NCBI GenBank assembly: GCA_000320545.1
Contig: ADNK01002290.1
Coordinates: 62,001-126,000, forward strand
From: Bigelowiella natans CCMP2755
Taxonomy: Eukaryota > Protista > Cercozoa
Direction of reading: 5' to 3'
Length of the DNA stretch: 64,000 bases
In this document: in pieces, positions 1 to 14,700 of the stretch
Layout: every line of letters starts with the position of its first letter
Position numbering within the stretch: position 1 is the stretch's first letter
Translations under genes and position numbers: made by a program
Notes under the pieces: generated by a model
Databases searched by the model: none
Told to the model about the DNA's origin: nothing
The model's input: only the letters and a program-made list of their open reading frames with translations

Positions 1-50
1 GGTACGGATGCCGAAGTACGAGCCTTGCCATCATATATCATTCATTCATC

Positions 51-87
<37 letters not shown>

Positions 88-750
88 TTTAATGTGCTGC
101 TGTGCAGACGGCCTCAATAGAATCGCATTGGTGAGGATTTTCAAGCCATACTCCTTCCTTCCTTCTCCCCGCTCTGCTTTCATGTGCTGCTGCTGTGAGG
201 TAAAAAGACGACAGCATCACACACACACACACACTCGCACACACCATCTATGCCGCCAGGATCGTAGATATCGACTTTGTTTCTCCACCCAGCCTGTAAT
301 CGATCGATTATCATCATCATCATCATCATCATCATCATTAGCATAATGATCAATACAAAATTCGTCGGTAACAAACGCAGAACCATGATTATGGGATTTT
401 TTGGGAAGGGGATGATGAAGAAAGTCATCTACTTTGCAACCTTCGAGTTGCACTGATTTCGAATCAAGAGAGCCATCTTCTATATTTGCTGAATCTCCGC
501 CTACATTGTTCTGCAGCAATAACGAAGACCTTTAGGAATGAATAGATAATGGTCCACGTTTTTCACCACAATCATCATCATCACCATCGTTTTCATCATC
601 ATCTTCGTCACTTAGTAAAGGTGGTATATATTTGTTCTTTTTCTTTGCCTTTCTATCATCGTTGGTTCCATAGTCAAGCTGATTATCAGAGTAATGAACA
701 GAAAGATGTGGTATCAGGTGATTTTAGGCTTCGGATTCCTCCCGCATGCA
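1..750 (-). CDS. PH-domain protein, multi-exon, runs off the left edge; 5' boundary approximate
   Basis: Exon in ORF 217..519 ends with ITGWVEKQSRYLRSWRHR, typical of PH-domain strands beta1-beta2, followed by a GT(GT)n intron. An acidic upstream exon reads LDYGTNDDRKAKKKNKYIPPLLSDEDDD. Confidence 0.6.
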
Positions 751-924
751 CAACCAACAAATATTCCTTAATTGATGATGACGAAGAAAACAAAAGTCTC
801 TGCTACCTTTCGTGGTTTTCCTAGCGCCGCCCAAGTGTCAACGTTCCCAGACTAAAGTGAATCACCAAAATCCGCACCTCAGCGAATCAATAAATTCTGG
901 ACAATTTTTTTTTCAAATATCACC

Positions 925-1203
925 ATGGCAGGTAGCTCTCTTCTCCGGGTAAGCTTGATACACTGCTGTATGTTTTTATGCTGGTTTAGTCACGCGGTGC
1001 TGGGTTAATGCTTGATGGTATTGTCCGTTCTTACTAAACAATATGCAAAGATTGCGTTCTATCATTACAACGTATGAGCTTTATGAATTTAATTCTTGTA
1101 AAATGTTCATGTTCTGCAGGAAGTTAAAGAGATTCATAATGATATTTAAACACACACATACGCACACGTACACGCACACACACACACGCGCGCACACGCA
1201 CAC

Positions 1204-1243
<40 letters not shown>

Positions 1244-2177
1244 GCATGTGATGAAGCCAACGAAATTTCCGTATTTTCAACTATCTGGACTGTTAGTTCG
1301 GTTTGACGGTATAAAAATGACCTCGACTATTCACCTCTTTGTCGTAAGTTATTCAAGATTTGGTTTCCAGGGAATTAATGGAATTTTGTGTGGTCAAGAG
1401 TTCCTGCTGCTTCCGGAAAATTTGACGGCAGACGCTGTCAATTTGAGGTTAAATGAGCGACAAAATCAAGTTGAGATCTCACCAAATTACGAAACAATGT
1501 TGTCGATAGTAAAAAGAAGTATCATTAGGGATGGAAGTGACTATGATTATGAGATTACTCGCGCCTCGTGCAGGGCTTTGAGGGAGGAATCCTTCCCCGA
1601 GGGAGCGTCAACCGATTATGTGAGAAGCAACAAGGCACGTAATGTAGTAATCATTGGATCCATAGACCGACAAATGCAGGACATTTTTTTGCTTAATTTA
1701 TTTCCTTTCTTTGTCGTATGACATCAATGGAAGATGACATTGAAGGTGAAGAAAGAGACATTCGCACTTCGAAATTGTAGTCAGAGTCAGCTTCACAACA
1801 CAGGACAGTCAAAAATGATTAAACGAATAAAAACCTTTGCTCTCCTCGAACGACTTGATCTAAACGAGTAATTTTGTTTTTTTCTTCGAACCAAAAACCA
1901 TATCGAACTATACTGATCATTCTGAAAGGCACAACTTCTACGCAGGACATTTTCCTACTACCTTTTGGAAGTGCGACATGCAGAGCATTTTGATGACGAT
2001 TTTCAAGGATTTCCTGGATTTCTCTCCTACAATTCCAATTTTGGCTCGGCCAGCTCGGAAAGCAGATCCTTCTCAGATAGATCTATCTCCAACACGGAAA
2101 AATCCTGCTCGAGCCAATTTCCAGGGGAAAAAATGATCAAGGGTATTTTAACTGAGAGACATGTAGATTCTGGCTAA
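925..2177 (+). CDS. Hypothetical spliced gene, divergent from the PH gene; structure uncertain
   Basis: ATG at 925 in caccATGG context followed by a gtaagc donor. Protein-like ORF segments at 1248..1721 and 1965..2177. No recognisable domain. Confidence 0.35.
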
Positions 2178-2488
2178 TTTTTACAACGAAGAATTCACCA
2201 CATGCCGGAATTGATAGTGAGATTGTATAAATACGCCGAACATTTCCCACAATGTGATCAGAAGGCACAAGTCGCACATTACAAACCTCAATAATCTTTT
2301 TGTCGTACAATAGCTTGCCTTCAATCGGAAGGCAGTTCTCATCTCTTTCGAGTTTGAGAAGCGGTGGGGAAAACCAAAGTAGAGTAAAGTCCTATTGGTG
2401 GTGATAGAAATAAGAACTTGCAGGATCTAATCGGGAGAGAGATACCTACTGCACAAAGGGTCCTCGAGAAGGTGTGAGCTGGACGAAA

Positions 2489-4106
2489 ATGTCGACCTGG
2501 GAACTTCGGAAGGATCCCAAAATGCTGGTAGATCTATGCGCTTCTCACTAGAATTTTCCGAGTTGCCACTAATAAGTTTAATTTAATATCTACGTGTTTT
2601 CACCTTTTGGAAGAATTATTAAAAATGTTTATTTATGCAAAATGTACTACTCAGAGATGATTTTCAGCTTCGATGAGAGTCATTCTGTTGTTCGCGTCAA
2701 AATATCGTAAGCGTGGACAATTTTGAACCTCCGTGCCTTTTTCTATTACACAGAAGGAAGACCCCAACTACATGGAGGGAGAGGCTGAATGGGAGTACGA
2801 CGAATCAAATCCTGAATTTCTCCTAGGAAAACAGGTTTCAATCTTTTGGGCAGATTCCAAAGTTTGGTATAAGGGGAAAATCGACCAGTTTGACGAAAAA
2901 AACGGGAAGCACCATATTTCATGTAAGTTTATTATTATCTCCGAGTGCTAAGAGGGAGAGAGAGAGATGGGGGGGGGGGGAGGGAGGAGGGTAGATATTG
3001 CAGGGTTTGAAAGCCTTTGGGAGTGAAAGTTCAGTGATCAAGCCTTCACTTGTGTCGTGTTAATATTTCATATTGTTTACGGCGATTTTATGTCATTTCA
3101 GACGAAGACAACGATAAAAGGTAAATGTAGAACTGATATAGCCCCTGATTGGATAAAGTATGAAGCTTGATTTTTCTGTGTTCGTAGGTGGCATCGACTG
3201 GTTCAGTATTCATTCTCATTGTACGGTATGAAAGGCCAGCACATCGGGGAGAAACAAGACGAAGCGTATCGGCGGAAGTTTATACCGTACACCCCAAAAG
3301 GTTTATCTACCCTAATTCGCTAACTTATGATACTGTTATCATCATCGTTTATGTTTCCACACTCAGACGAGAAGTCTCGAACTGCAGTGACTTTCCATTG
3401 TATTCTTGACGGCAAATGGCTCTCCAACCAAGAAGAAATACAAGTTTATTTAAAGGGAAATCTCGCTGTCATGGGAACGTGGGATGGTGCTGGCGTACCG
3501 ATGACTCAAGATGCAAAAAATCCAAACCTATGGTAACGCGATTACACCTTCATTTTCCTTCGTGATGCCTCATCATTTATAATCTATCCATCATCATCCT
3601 CGAATCGTCAACAGGTTTGTGGAGGTAGAATTACCCTTCAGTCTCAATGAAAAGTGCCCTACTGGCATCTTCGAGTGGAAGTAATACATATAATTCGTTT
3701 TCCTCTATTTAGTTTTTTAATAATATTTCGCTCCCTCTCATCCTCGATTAACAGATTCGGAATTGGGCAAGGTGATAAGCAAATGCTTTTAGAAGGAGGT
3801 CTCAACCGTCGAGAGAAAAGCTGTCGTTTCCATTATTATGCGAGATTCAAGGCAAACCGAAAAGGTGGGAAATTCTGCTACTATCATTATTTTATGCGAA
3901 AACTAATTTACTACAAATTCATCCCTTTTATAATTTTCAGCCAAGGCCTACTTTAAAGGATACAAGCTGCCATCAATTGTTAGTGCGAACAAGCTCATCA
4001 TTTTGGATGAATTTCGTCTCGTGACTGAAGGTTAATAAATATTGACTTGTCGTTCAAATCCTTACCTTACATGATATAGAGGGAATGATGACTCGAACAA
4101 CTACGA

Positions 4107-4150
<44 letters not shown>

Positions 4151-7100
4151 CTAATACTTTTGTATTCATTCAGGCAAGAGAAAGGTGAAAGAATTTCTCT
4201 CGAAGCTTTATGCACTGCACCAGATCATTCCTGGAACACGCTCTCAATCGGAGGATCTTGTGGATGCAGCTCTTAAATTTTTACCTGAAAATGAAAAGGC
4301 AACCGGTGACATCTTATTTGCCCTAATGGCCGTGGTTGGTCGGTTTGGAGTCTCCTGCGACGAATTCAAAGAAGGTGGTAGATAAACCCTACTCACAAGA
4401 AGTTATATATTCGGAATGGTCATTGCTTTATCGTCAGAACTATTACAATAACTACTAGCATTATAATTGTTTTGCTTATCTCTAAAGCGTAACCACAACA
4501 TACAGTTGCAGAGGGCAACAGGACGTTTAAAGTTAGGAATGTGTTAAAGCCGGCTGGATGGTGTTGGTACGTTCAGAAGAAGCTCAACGTGGACACACTT
4601 TGTAAACTAGATCTTGAGGCTGCAATGGTGAGTTGATTAAATGGCAAAAAATAAAAAATTGCAGCTGAATTCCACCCAAGATCCTTTCTTTAAATCGTTA
4701 TCATATTTCATATCTACCTCGTTAGGGTAAGCGTATCCGTTGGTGCTTCAATGGTGTCAAAGAGTCAGTAAGTCGCTCTATGTATGAATGTGAGTTTTCA
4801 TGGCTTCGATTGGCGCCTCTTCTCGCGAAGCACAACGCCATGCCTGGATTGCTACAGAGCCCTAATGCGGGGATTCCTCAAGTTTTTAAAGTTGGGGACC
4901 GTGTCCGATGTAATTACAAGAAAAGGTGGCTTAAAATATCAATTTCTTTCCTTCTTCCCTCCCTTATTATCCCAGTTGTTCTGCAATGTAGTCATTTTGC
5001 ACTAATGTAAATATGAATGAGCCACACCTTCGAGTTTGAGATGTTTGTTCTTTCTTTCGTAGAGGAAAGTGGTACTCTGGACAGATCATGGCAAAGAGCG
5101 ATGCAGGCGTGTTTTTCGTTCAGTATGATGACGGAGATACGGAGGATGATGTTGCCGAATCCCAGTTGAATTCCATGAAAGGCTCCTCCAAGGAATCTAT
5201 TAAGATACGTAAGAATCTTGTCAAGTCGTTCGGAAAAGTGTGCAAGGAAATTCGAGTGTTAGCGGTTAGTTGCTTGAGTATCGCTCAGACTCTTGTAGCC
5301 GATGATGCTGCTATTCCCAATGAGGAAGGAAAAGGAATCGTCGCTGAGCCAGCAGGTGAGCAGGAAACTTCGAAGACCCGGGAAACAATTGAAAATATGG
5401 GGTTGGATTGGTTGAAGGCTCTTGTTAAGTTCGCACCCAGCACCGAGATGCTTACTTTGGTATTTAATGACGAGGTTGTTAGAGTACATGCGGCGAGCCT
5501 CATACCTACAGTCGAGGAATGGGTCAAAGGTGCTGAGTGGCAAGTTGGCGAGCTTGCTCATCTTCGAAAGCTATTGAGTGAGTGCAAGGGGCTTGGCCAC
5601 CCATCTATTGCGGAAGCTCTGTTGAAGTCGGACGCATGTGTTACTGAGGAGGTGAAATTTAAAGAGCTCCTAATCGATACGATCGTGGACTGCTGTAACG
5701 GACACCACTTGGTTCTCGATAAGAAAGAGGCTCTAACTGCTGATGAAGACCAACTTATGAAGGCCTTCACGCGGATGGATAGTGCGGCATATCTTTGGTT
5801 CAAGAAATGCTTTAAGGATAAACCTGTTCTTGAGGAGAGGCGATTGGTGAACGAGGGTTTCGTCAGAAAATGGGCCACGGTAGAACTATCACAGAAAGAC
5901 AAGCAAACTCTTCTTCTCAATACTTTGGCAGGGGCTTGTGACATGGTCAATCAACTCATGAGGGTAAAATACATTATGCTACGGCCGGCTAGTATCCTGT
6001 TCGAGCTGGATCGCTGTAAATTCCTGAAAAGAGACTCTGGCGCTGATGGACCTACGGCAGTGCTACAAAACCTGACTCGTCTTGGGGCACAGCACAGAGA
6101 TGGGTTCGATAGGTACAAACGCCCTCTCGCCGACTTCCTTTCGAAAAAGTGCACAAAGATTTTACATGAAATTGTTCCGTTCGTGAGGAACGACTCGAAG
6201 CTTTTGATGAAGGTACTCAAGGCTGTGGATGAGTTGCCTCGAGAATCTCACCTAAACCATAGACTGGTGCATTCGCTTCTCGCGACGGCAAGCAGCACAG
6301 ACTTGAAGGGCATCTTGCATAATGGAACCCTCTGGGGTGTAATCTTCAAGACCCGTGGTGTCGTAACCAAGGAGATGAAGGATAAGACCTTGCAGTCACC
6401 ATTGATGAACATGCTCTTCTACGCCCAATCACAGCTGAGAGAGTCAGCATTGTCTATGTTAGAAATGCCTTCCAGCATGGACAAGCTAGCAACTGAGTCC
6501 AAAATGATATCCATTGGAGTTGCGAAAAAGCTCATGCGTGAAGGCTTTGACGACATGAAGTTTATGCGTGAAAATCCAACTACCTCTGATTGGGTCAAGC
6601 ATTGTGGAATAACATCGAAGGAGGCCGAGGCATTGCTAAAGGCACTTAACACCTTCGACTCTGTGACAATGCAGACAATGCACGTGATCATGGCCTATAA
6701 GAAGCAATTTATGGACTTACTGGAACTCATCCAGTTCCGAAAGATCTCACCAGGAAAGCTGGATGCGCTATCGAGGGAAGTTATAGATTTTGATACTAAA
6801 CTCGAGCAGAGCAAGTTTTTCCTATCTTTCTACTGCAATTGTGGGGTTCGGATTAACATGCAAAATCTGAACAAGACAATCACCGACTGGGCGGCAACGT
6901 ACGATAATCTACAGCTCTCTAAAATACGCAGTCTATTCAGCAGCCTTCTTACACAGGACACGCTTGAAGCCTTTGATTGGCTTTACGCTGCAAGAACCAG
7001 TGCCTTGTTTCTTAAGCTCTGGACCGAAACAGGGAAAGATTTGGTAAGGGTAATGGACAAGCGCACGCGCCGTGCCAATGTCCAGACACCGTTTGCCCCA

Positions 7101-8598
7101 TTTTCAGGTGGTGCTAGTGGTGAGGAAAAAAAGGGGGGTGGTGGAGGAGGAGGAGGTGAATCCAAGAAATTCGAGCTGCTGGATGAGATGGCAATCACGT
7201 ACCGGCTGAGTCAGAAGGAAGTTATTGGAAAGCTTATTCCCGGTGTTCGTCGCAAATGGCAAGAGTTCAAAAACCTCGTGAGGACTGGACGGATCACTGT
7301 ACCCCACCTGGAAAAAACGTTCGCGACTCTACCCACTGACGAACGATATGCGTCGGAATTAGTAGTTTTATCTCGTACGGGCGATGGGAAGTCAAGCGGC
7401 TCATCTTCCCAAGACTCCTGGCTCAATGAATCCATGCTCAAGCTTAATGATTTCTCCATGCTGATATCGATGAAGAACTCAATTCCAGCCATCCTTCGCA
7501 TACGCAGCAAAGTCCTTGTGACCCTCTTCGATGATGATGATTCAGAGGAGACGAAGGCTGATACACTCTTCCAGAATTTGAGTGCATTGGAGGAAAAACT
7601 TTCAAAAGAGTGGCAGAAGCACACACTCAAGTCTCTATCGAATCTGGTCGGTCCTGTGAAGGCAGAGCTGGGAACGCAGCTTTCCAGCGCTCAGCTTCGG
7701 TTTCTCACCATCCTAGGTGCGGAACCCAACGATCCTATGACGAAATGGCTGCTGAACCAAAAAGACCAGGGGCAATTTAACCAGTGGCGTCAATTTGCTA
7801 CTGACTCCTGCGGTGAAGCCAATGTCCTTAACGCGGTCGCTAGCACTGTCGCCTTGCGCACATCTCTATTGAAGCTGCTGTACCAGAGGCCTCCATACAA
7901 AAATCTCAAAGGGTTTATGGATTGCTTTCGTGGTACGGTAGAGATGAATGGACTCGAAACTCTGCTACATCTTGAGACTGTGGCGCACGGTTTCAACCTA
8001 CTGCAACGTGCGGACCCAGGCGGTTCCTCAGGTGTTAAGGCCTGTAAAGACATCATCCACTTCCTCAAGCACGGAAAATTACACTTCAAATCCTCTCCCA
8101 ATGCTCAGAACATTCTCTGGCTTCGTCCCTACTGGGAGAAGAAAGACTTGGTCGAAGAAGGAGGAGGAGCAGCAGCAGTCAAAGATACCAAGTCTAATAA
8201 AGGGGACAACAGCAAAGGTGCTTCTCCCTCTCCTCCGGTGGTAACTACTATAATCAAGAAGCCTTCCTCGTCGCCATCCTCTTCCCTAGAAACAAGGGAA
8301 GAGAGCTTTGAGTATCTCTTGGACCTTCGATCAAAGATTGTTATGACTGAGATTCCGGTGAGAATGGAGAAGGAATTCAAGATGAGCGCGCTTATAGCAA
8401 GTTTTCTTGATCAGCTCCATGTGGCACTCGACATTAAACAGGAGATTGAAAACCTCTACACCGCAGGACACTTTGCCTTTCAGGAGGGGTACACACTGGA
8501 TCTTGATCTTGGTATCAACAGTCTACCACACTTTCACAAGACTCTGCTTTCGCTTCGCAACGAGTCGCAGAATTGGATGGATATCGTTAAGGTAGTAG

Positions 8599-8631
<33 letters not shown>

Positions 8632-8689
8632 CTCGCAGTATTTTATTTCGATGCTATATTACAGTATGCAGTCGTTATTGTGTAAAACA

Positions 8690-8741
<52 letters not shown>

Positions 8742-11700
8742 CACATACTTCGTTACGTTTTGAAATTTCCTCTCATTAATAGGTGATTCAAGCACGATTT
8801 TTTATAGATTCATTTGATTGATATCAAGTATCCTCCTCCTCCTTCTCCTCCCTCAGGGCACACGGCGCAAGTACTACCATCTCAATTTTTTTAGCATGCG
8901 GGAACTCATAAAGTTGATTTGCATCCTCGATGGAACTGCGAAGATCCAGAAAGAGGTGAGGTGGAGGAAGGAAAATGGTGAGAATAAGAAAGGAGATAGT
9001 AAGGAGGAGAAGAAGGAGGAAGAGTACATTCCTGAGACATGGAACTGTCCTAGCTGCACCACTTCCAACAAGATGGAGTATGTATTTTGCATGGTGTGTA
9101 CGGCCGAGAGAACTCCAAAGTGGACCCGACTTTTGGCGAAGCACGGGGGGAAAAGACCAGCGAACATGGCCAAGAAACGAACCCGGAAACCACCTCGTCA
9201 TAGGGAACAGAGAGCTCCCTATGATTCTGTAGAAGACCTTATATCCATGCTGCACTTGACGTCCTCTAGTATTAATGAGGACTATGTTCGCAATCATTTT
9301 AGCCGGTGGTGTAAAGTGTTGAACGAAGGAATCGAGTCACGTCGTGAAAAAGACACTGAACTAATGAAGCACACGAATCAGTTTAAGCTAGAGACCTTGG
9401 GTCAGATGCTGCAAAGCCTTCTTGTTTCCTCTCCGCCTCAGGACAGTAAGGGAATAGAAGGGAAGGGAGGGAATAGTAATATGAAGGGTGGTAGTGGTGG
9501 TGGTGGTGGTGGGCAAATCTTCGCTCATATTCGTGCAATACCGCCTCCTGGTCGTGATGCTAAGAACTCATCTGATTTACTCATTACTGTGGAGGACGAG
9601 AAAGAAGATGGCGAGGAGGGCGAGAAGAGACTACCAATCTACGTTACGTGTGCTAAATCTCCTCAGCATGTTATTGAAGTGGTATTATCTGTGTATGTGC
9701 GGCGAAGTAGACTTCCCGAACCTGGGGAGATTCTCTTCTGTAACTCCGAAACAACCCTGGAGGAGATAGAGCTGCTATTCTACCGATTCCTATCTGCCAA
9801 ATTGCATGGAAGAGGCCATTTCGTGTTTTGCATGGCAGATATCCATGCTCTCACTTACACCCAACAGGTTGCGGTCTTAGATAGGCTGCGCGAAGTGATG
9901 GCTGATTATGGTGTGGAGAACGCGGCCTCGCTTTTATTTGTAAGTGGTAAACCTAGGCAGGTGCTCTTGAATACCCTGTCAGCCCACGTTGTGACTCTAG
10001 ACCCCTTAGATGTCAAAAGTTTGCAGGAAGCCCTTCGCTATGCCACGAAACGCCACTGTGGTGAGACTCTATGCGTATCGTCCAATATTAATGGGGCCGG
10101 GAAATCGTCTTATATTTTAAAGGAAGTCGGAATGAGGCAAGGGCAAAAGCAAGAGGCTATAGTCTATCGCAGAGTCGCGTACCATGAAAGCTCTACAGCA
10201 GGAACTCTCGTAGAGCGCCTCAGCAAGTTCCATGGTATAAAAATGGCCAACGCATTCCACCTTCATATTGGCCATATAATCCCAGCTAACGCCAACACAT
10301 GCCTCTTCGAGCTCCTCATTGTCGGCACTCTAAAGAACAAGGAGACTTGTGATGTGTATGCACGTAGCAACCGCGATGCTTACTACTTGGAAATACCCAA
10401 CTCCAGTGGTAATAAGACTGCGAGAGCATTGAGGTTCTGCATGCTGCTACCCACACAGCATCTTCGATGTGATGCTGAACATCTCTCCTACGTGCTCCCA
10501 ATATTCCGTAATCCTCCACTCAACACTCGAATCCGGCTTCAACTACAGCCGTTTAGTACGGATCCCATGGTTTACACGACACAATTTCTCAAGGCGTTCA
10601 AAGAGGGCAAATTACAGGCAAATAATCAAAAGTTCGACCTCTCTTGGGACCCAAATCTGACGGAAGCACCGAAGCCAAATGAGGCTTTTGCCCTGTTGCA
10701 AGAGTTTACTAAGAATAAGCGTATGCCAGGAGACGAGCCAAGTTTTATCATTTTTGATAACTTTGCCCGTTTCATGAAGGATTCCTTTCTTGGCATGGAC
10801 CCCAACTTCGGTTTTGAGCCTCTAAAACCCGCCTACGTGCAATATTTGCAAGGTCTGGAAGGCCTACGACATGCATTTGTATCGATGTTGATAGCAACAT
10901 CCAAAGATTTCGCACTCAGGGCGGTACCACGTGGGCGCCAGTACGGCAGACTTGCATCCAAGGCGAGTGAGCTAAGAATGGGCGATGCTAAAAACCAGCA
11001 GCTATCTGAGGAGGAGCAGTTGGCCATGGCTTTGAGCCTCAGTGCTGCAGAGCATGCTGTCCCACCAAAGAAGATCATTAAACCTCCAGGATCATCACAT
11101 AAAAATAAAAAACGTACTTCTCATGCTGGGCTTCTTTTTGAGGATGACATTGGCGACATGCCGGCAGTTTTCCCTCCTTCACTCCCATCTCTAGGCCGCG
11201 TGCCAAGTACAGAGGAACGTGATGCTCAGAAATTACAGCCTCCAGCGCTTGGTCGCCAAAACTCCAACGAAATGGCAGCGAGGTTCGAGAACATGATGCG
11301 GTGGGACGACACCGACCATCCTGTGTGTGTATGGTACGCAAACGAGCGTCAAGGAATTGGCTACGAAGGTTTTGATATTCTCTCCCTAAACGATCACTTC
11401 CTTTACCAATACATTAGCCGTGGGCTCCTCAACAACCTCAATGCAGCGGTTCCAGGAGGCTTCAAAAACATGTCGCGTGACTGGAAAAACATGCGATCTG
11501 AAGAGGGTATTGGCATTTTGAAGAAGGTGGAGGGTAGAACGTATGGTGCACCTCCCGAGATGAAGATCGAGCGCATCGATCCTTCATATGTCATCACAAT
11601 CGACAACATGCTCAAAATGCTCTCCATACAGCTTCGACTCAAGAATGGTCTTCCTGTTGTTATTATGGGGGAGACTGGATGCGGCAAATCGTCGCTGATT

Positions 11701-14700
11701 CGCCAGCTCTGCGCCATCCTAAATCTGCCTCTACGCACCCTAAATATCCACGGCGGTATGAACGCGGAGGACATCGTGGCTTGGATGGACATACAGATTA
11801 AAGCGTCAGAAATGCTGGAGGAGAAGGAGCGGCTGGTGCTGCTCCTTGACGAGGTAAATACTTGCAATTGTATGGGGCTCTTCAAGGAGATTGTGTGCGA
11901 CCGCTCAGTTCAGGGACGCTTCTTGCCCGAAAACGTCAAGATCATCGCCGCTTGTAATCCATACCGATTAAAGTCTAAGGAGGCGTTAAAAGCAGAGGGT
12001 TGCGGTCTTGTATTCGACCACTTTGAAGGAAAAGCCTTGGGTGACAATGTAGGCACCGGAATCCAAGATCCACTACGCAATCTGGTCTACCGCGTCCATC
12101 CTCTCCCGGAGTCCATGATTGATCACGTCTTTGACTTTGGAGCTCTACCGCCTGAGACTGAAAGCATTTATATTCGTGCTATGCTGCGCCGGCAGCTTGG
12201 TATCTATCTCCGACAGGAGGAGAGTAAAGACAAGAAGGGAGGGGGAGGACATCATGACGGGGAAGGAGACATCAAGCTGAAAGACGGGGGTGCACTCAGT
12301 GAAAAGGAACGCATTAAACAGCTGATGAAACAGGCGATTCAAGGCAAGAAATACGGCAGCAGATATGGCGCTTCGTCGTCTGCCCAGAGAACCCTTGCGC
12401 AAATGATTCAAGAACGACGCCAGCTGGAACAAGCACAACGAAACTCCTTGGGAGGAGGAGGAGGAGGAGGAGGATCATCAGCGTTAATTGGTAGTAGTAG
12501 TAGTAGTAGCAGCAGCTTCTTTGGCAGACCAGCACCACCTCCTACATCAGGCAGCGAGGGGGCTGGGGGCGGAGGACAGCCTCCGATTACTCAGGAAGAG
12601 ATGAAAAAAATGATGGAGGATCTCGAGAAGAATCAGAAGGAGGACGGATTTGTTGACTTTGTGGAGGTGTTTGCCCGCCTCATCTGTGTATCGCAGGAGT
12701 TTGTGCGCAAATATTACAACGGAGAACGAAGCGTTGTATCGCTACGTGATGTAGCGCGTTGTGTTAAGATTTTCAGATGGTTCGGAGAGCATTTTGCTAA
12801 CTATATTGGTAAGAATTCAGAGCCAAAGTGGGATGCAGGAGACTTCTTCAACGTTAAGGAAGTTGCACGAGAACATGTCAGGAGTGCGATGATCATGTCA
12901 CTTGGTAGGTCAATCATTGTTATCATAATTAATAATAATAATAATAATAAATAATAATAATACGAAGAGAAGGAGTCCTGGAAACTGCTTCTGTTGAGAG
13001 GAGGAGGAGGAGGAGGAGGGTGGGGGGAAGGGATAAAAGCAAGTAGCAGTTGAAATAATAGTACTAGTAGTCTGCCGTGCTGTATCCGCGACGAGATAAG
13101 GTTCTGCAAAATTATATAAGAAAACCTTGATTTGGTGTTTCTGTTCCGTCTACACGAAGGACAAACTTCCTGACAAATAGCTGCTTTCAAATTTATGATT
13201 AACGATTTGGAAGAATTATGCCTCTGCTTTCATGTTTGATACTATCACGAATGTTATCCTCACTATCATCTTTATCATCATCATTGTAATAAGTTCCTGC
13301 CTCCCCTCTCCCCCTCATCCTCCTCCTCCTCCTCCTCCTCCTCCTCCTCCTCTCCTCCTCTTTAAATCAGCTTACTGTTTTCACGCTCGGTTGGATCGTA
13401 ATGCACGCCGAGAGTATGGGGTTGCATTGCAACGTGAATGGGAGCGAATGCAAGATCCCATTGGGTATGAGGAGCTCGGTACGTTGTATGCGGCGTTGTT
13501 CGGAGGTACGCCACAACGAGTTCCAAAATATGGGCCCCGTTGCACGTGGCTCGAGCTCAACGCAGGCAGGTTCTCGTCAATCGTTAATGATGTTATGCGG
13601 GCCTTTGTATCACATCTCAAGCTCGGAAAAGGTGAGAAGAATAGTATGTTAGCCTTGCTACTTGAGTCATGGGAGCGTCTTGTTTAGTAGGCTTGAGAGA
13701 ACATCTAGCTAGTAGTAAGATTTACTACAGCGTATTAAACTCTGTGCTGCTGTGCTGCTGCTGTGTGCATCCATTCTTTCGTCACCACAGTATGTGCTCA
13801 TTTTTCAATACTGGTTGTCATTCAATAAATGTTATCATCTTCATCATCCGAAAAAAGGTATCGCTCTAAACGAAGCGCTGCTTGAGAACTTATTCATGAT
13901 TATGATCTCGGTGCTGAACCGAATTCCGATTTTTGTCGTGGGGAAACCTGGTACTTCAAAGTCACTGGCAATGGGATTGATTCAGGCTAACATGAATGGA
14001 GAAGCTTCCGACAATGAGTTCCTCTGCTCTTTACCAGCCGTAGAGGTGTTCAGTTATCAATGTTCCCCTCTCTCCACCAGTGCTGGCATTCAGCAGGCCT
14101 TTGACTCGGCCAGGCGTTACAAGATGCAATCCCCTAACGTAATAACCGTCGTCTTGCTTGATGAGGTCGGTCTTGCCGAGCAGAGCCCCCATTTACCTCT
14201 AAAGGTCCTGCACAAAGTTCTTGATGAGGGTGGAGACTATGCGCTGGTGGGCATCTCTAACTGGTCGCTTGACCCAGCCAAGATGAACCGTGCGGTGCAT
14301 CTCTATCGCCCTGCACCGACGGTAGAGGATCTATCTCGTACGGCTATGGGTATGGTGCAGAGCGCCATGCTTGGTGGGTTTTTGAGGCAGATCGCTAAGG
14401 CGTACAATCTTGTTTATGAAGGACAAAAGCAGAGAGACTTTTGGGGGCTGAGAGAATTCTACTCCACCGTCAAACATATCAATCGTCAGCTGACCGAGGC
14501 AGAGGGTGAAAAGAAGAACCAGCTTGACGGTGATGTCCTTATGAATGCGATTCAACGGAACTTCGGAGGAAAGCCTGAGGAGACGAAAAAAGTTGTAACG
14601 ACGTTCTTTAAGTCTCTCGGTATCTCCGAAACAGACGTGTTGCAGATGAACACGACCGACCTCATCAGCCAAAATATTAAGTCCAGCGAAGCTCGGCATT

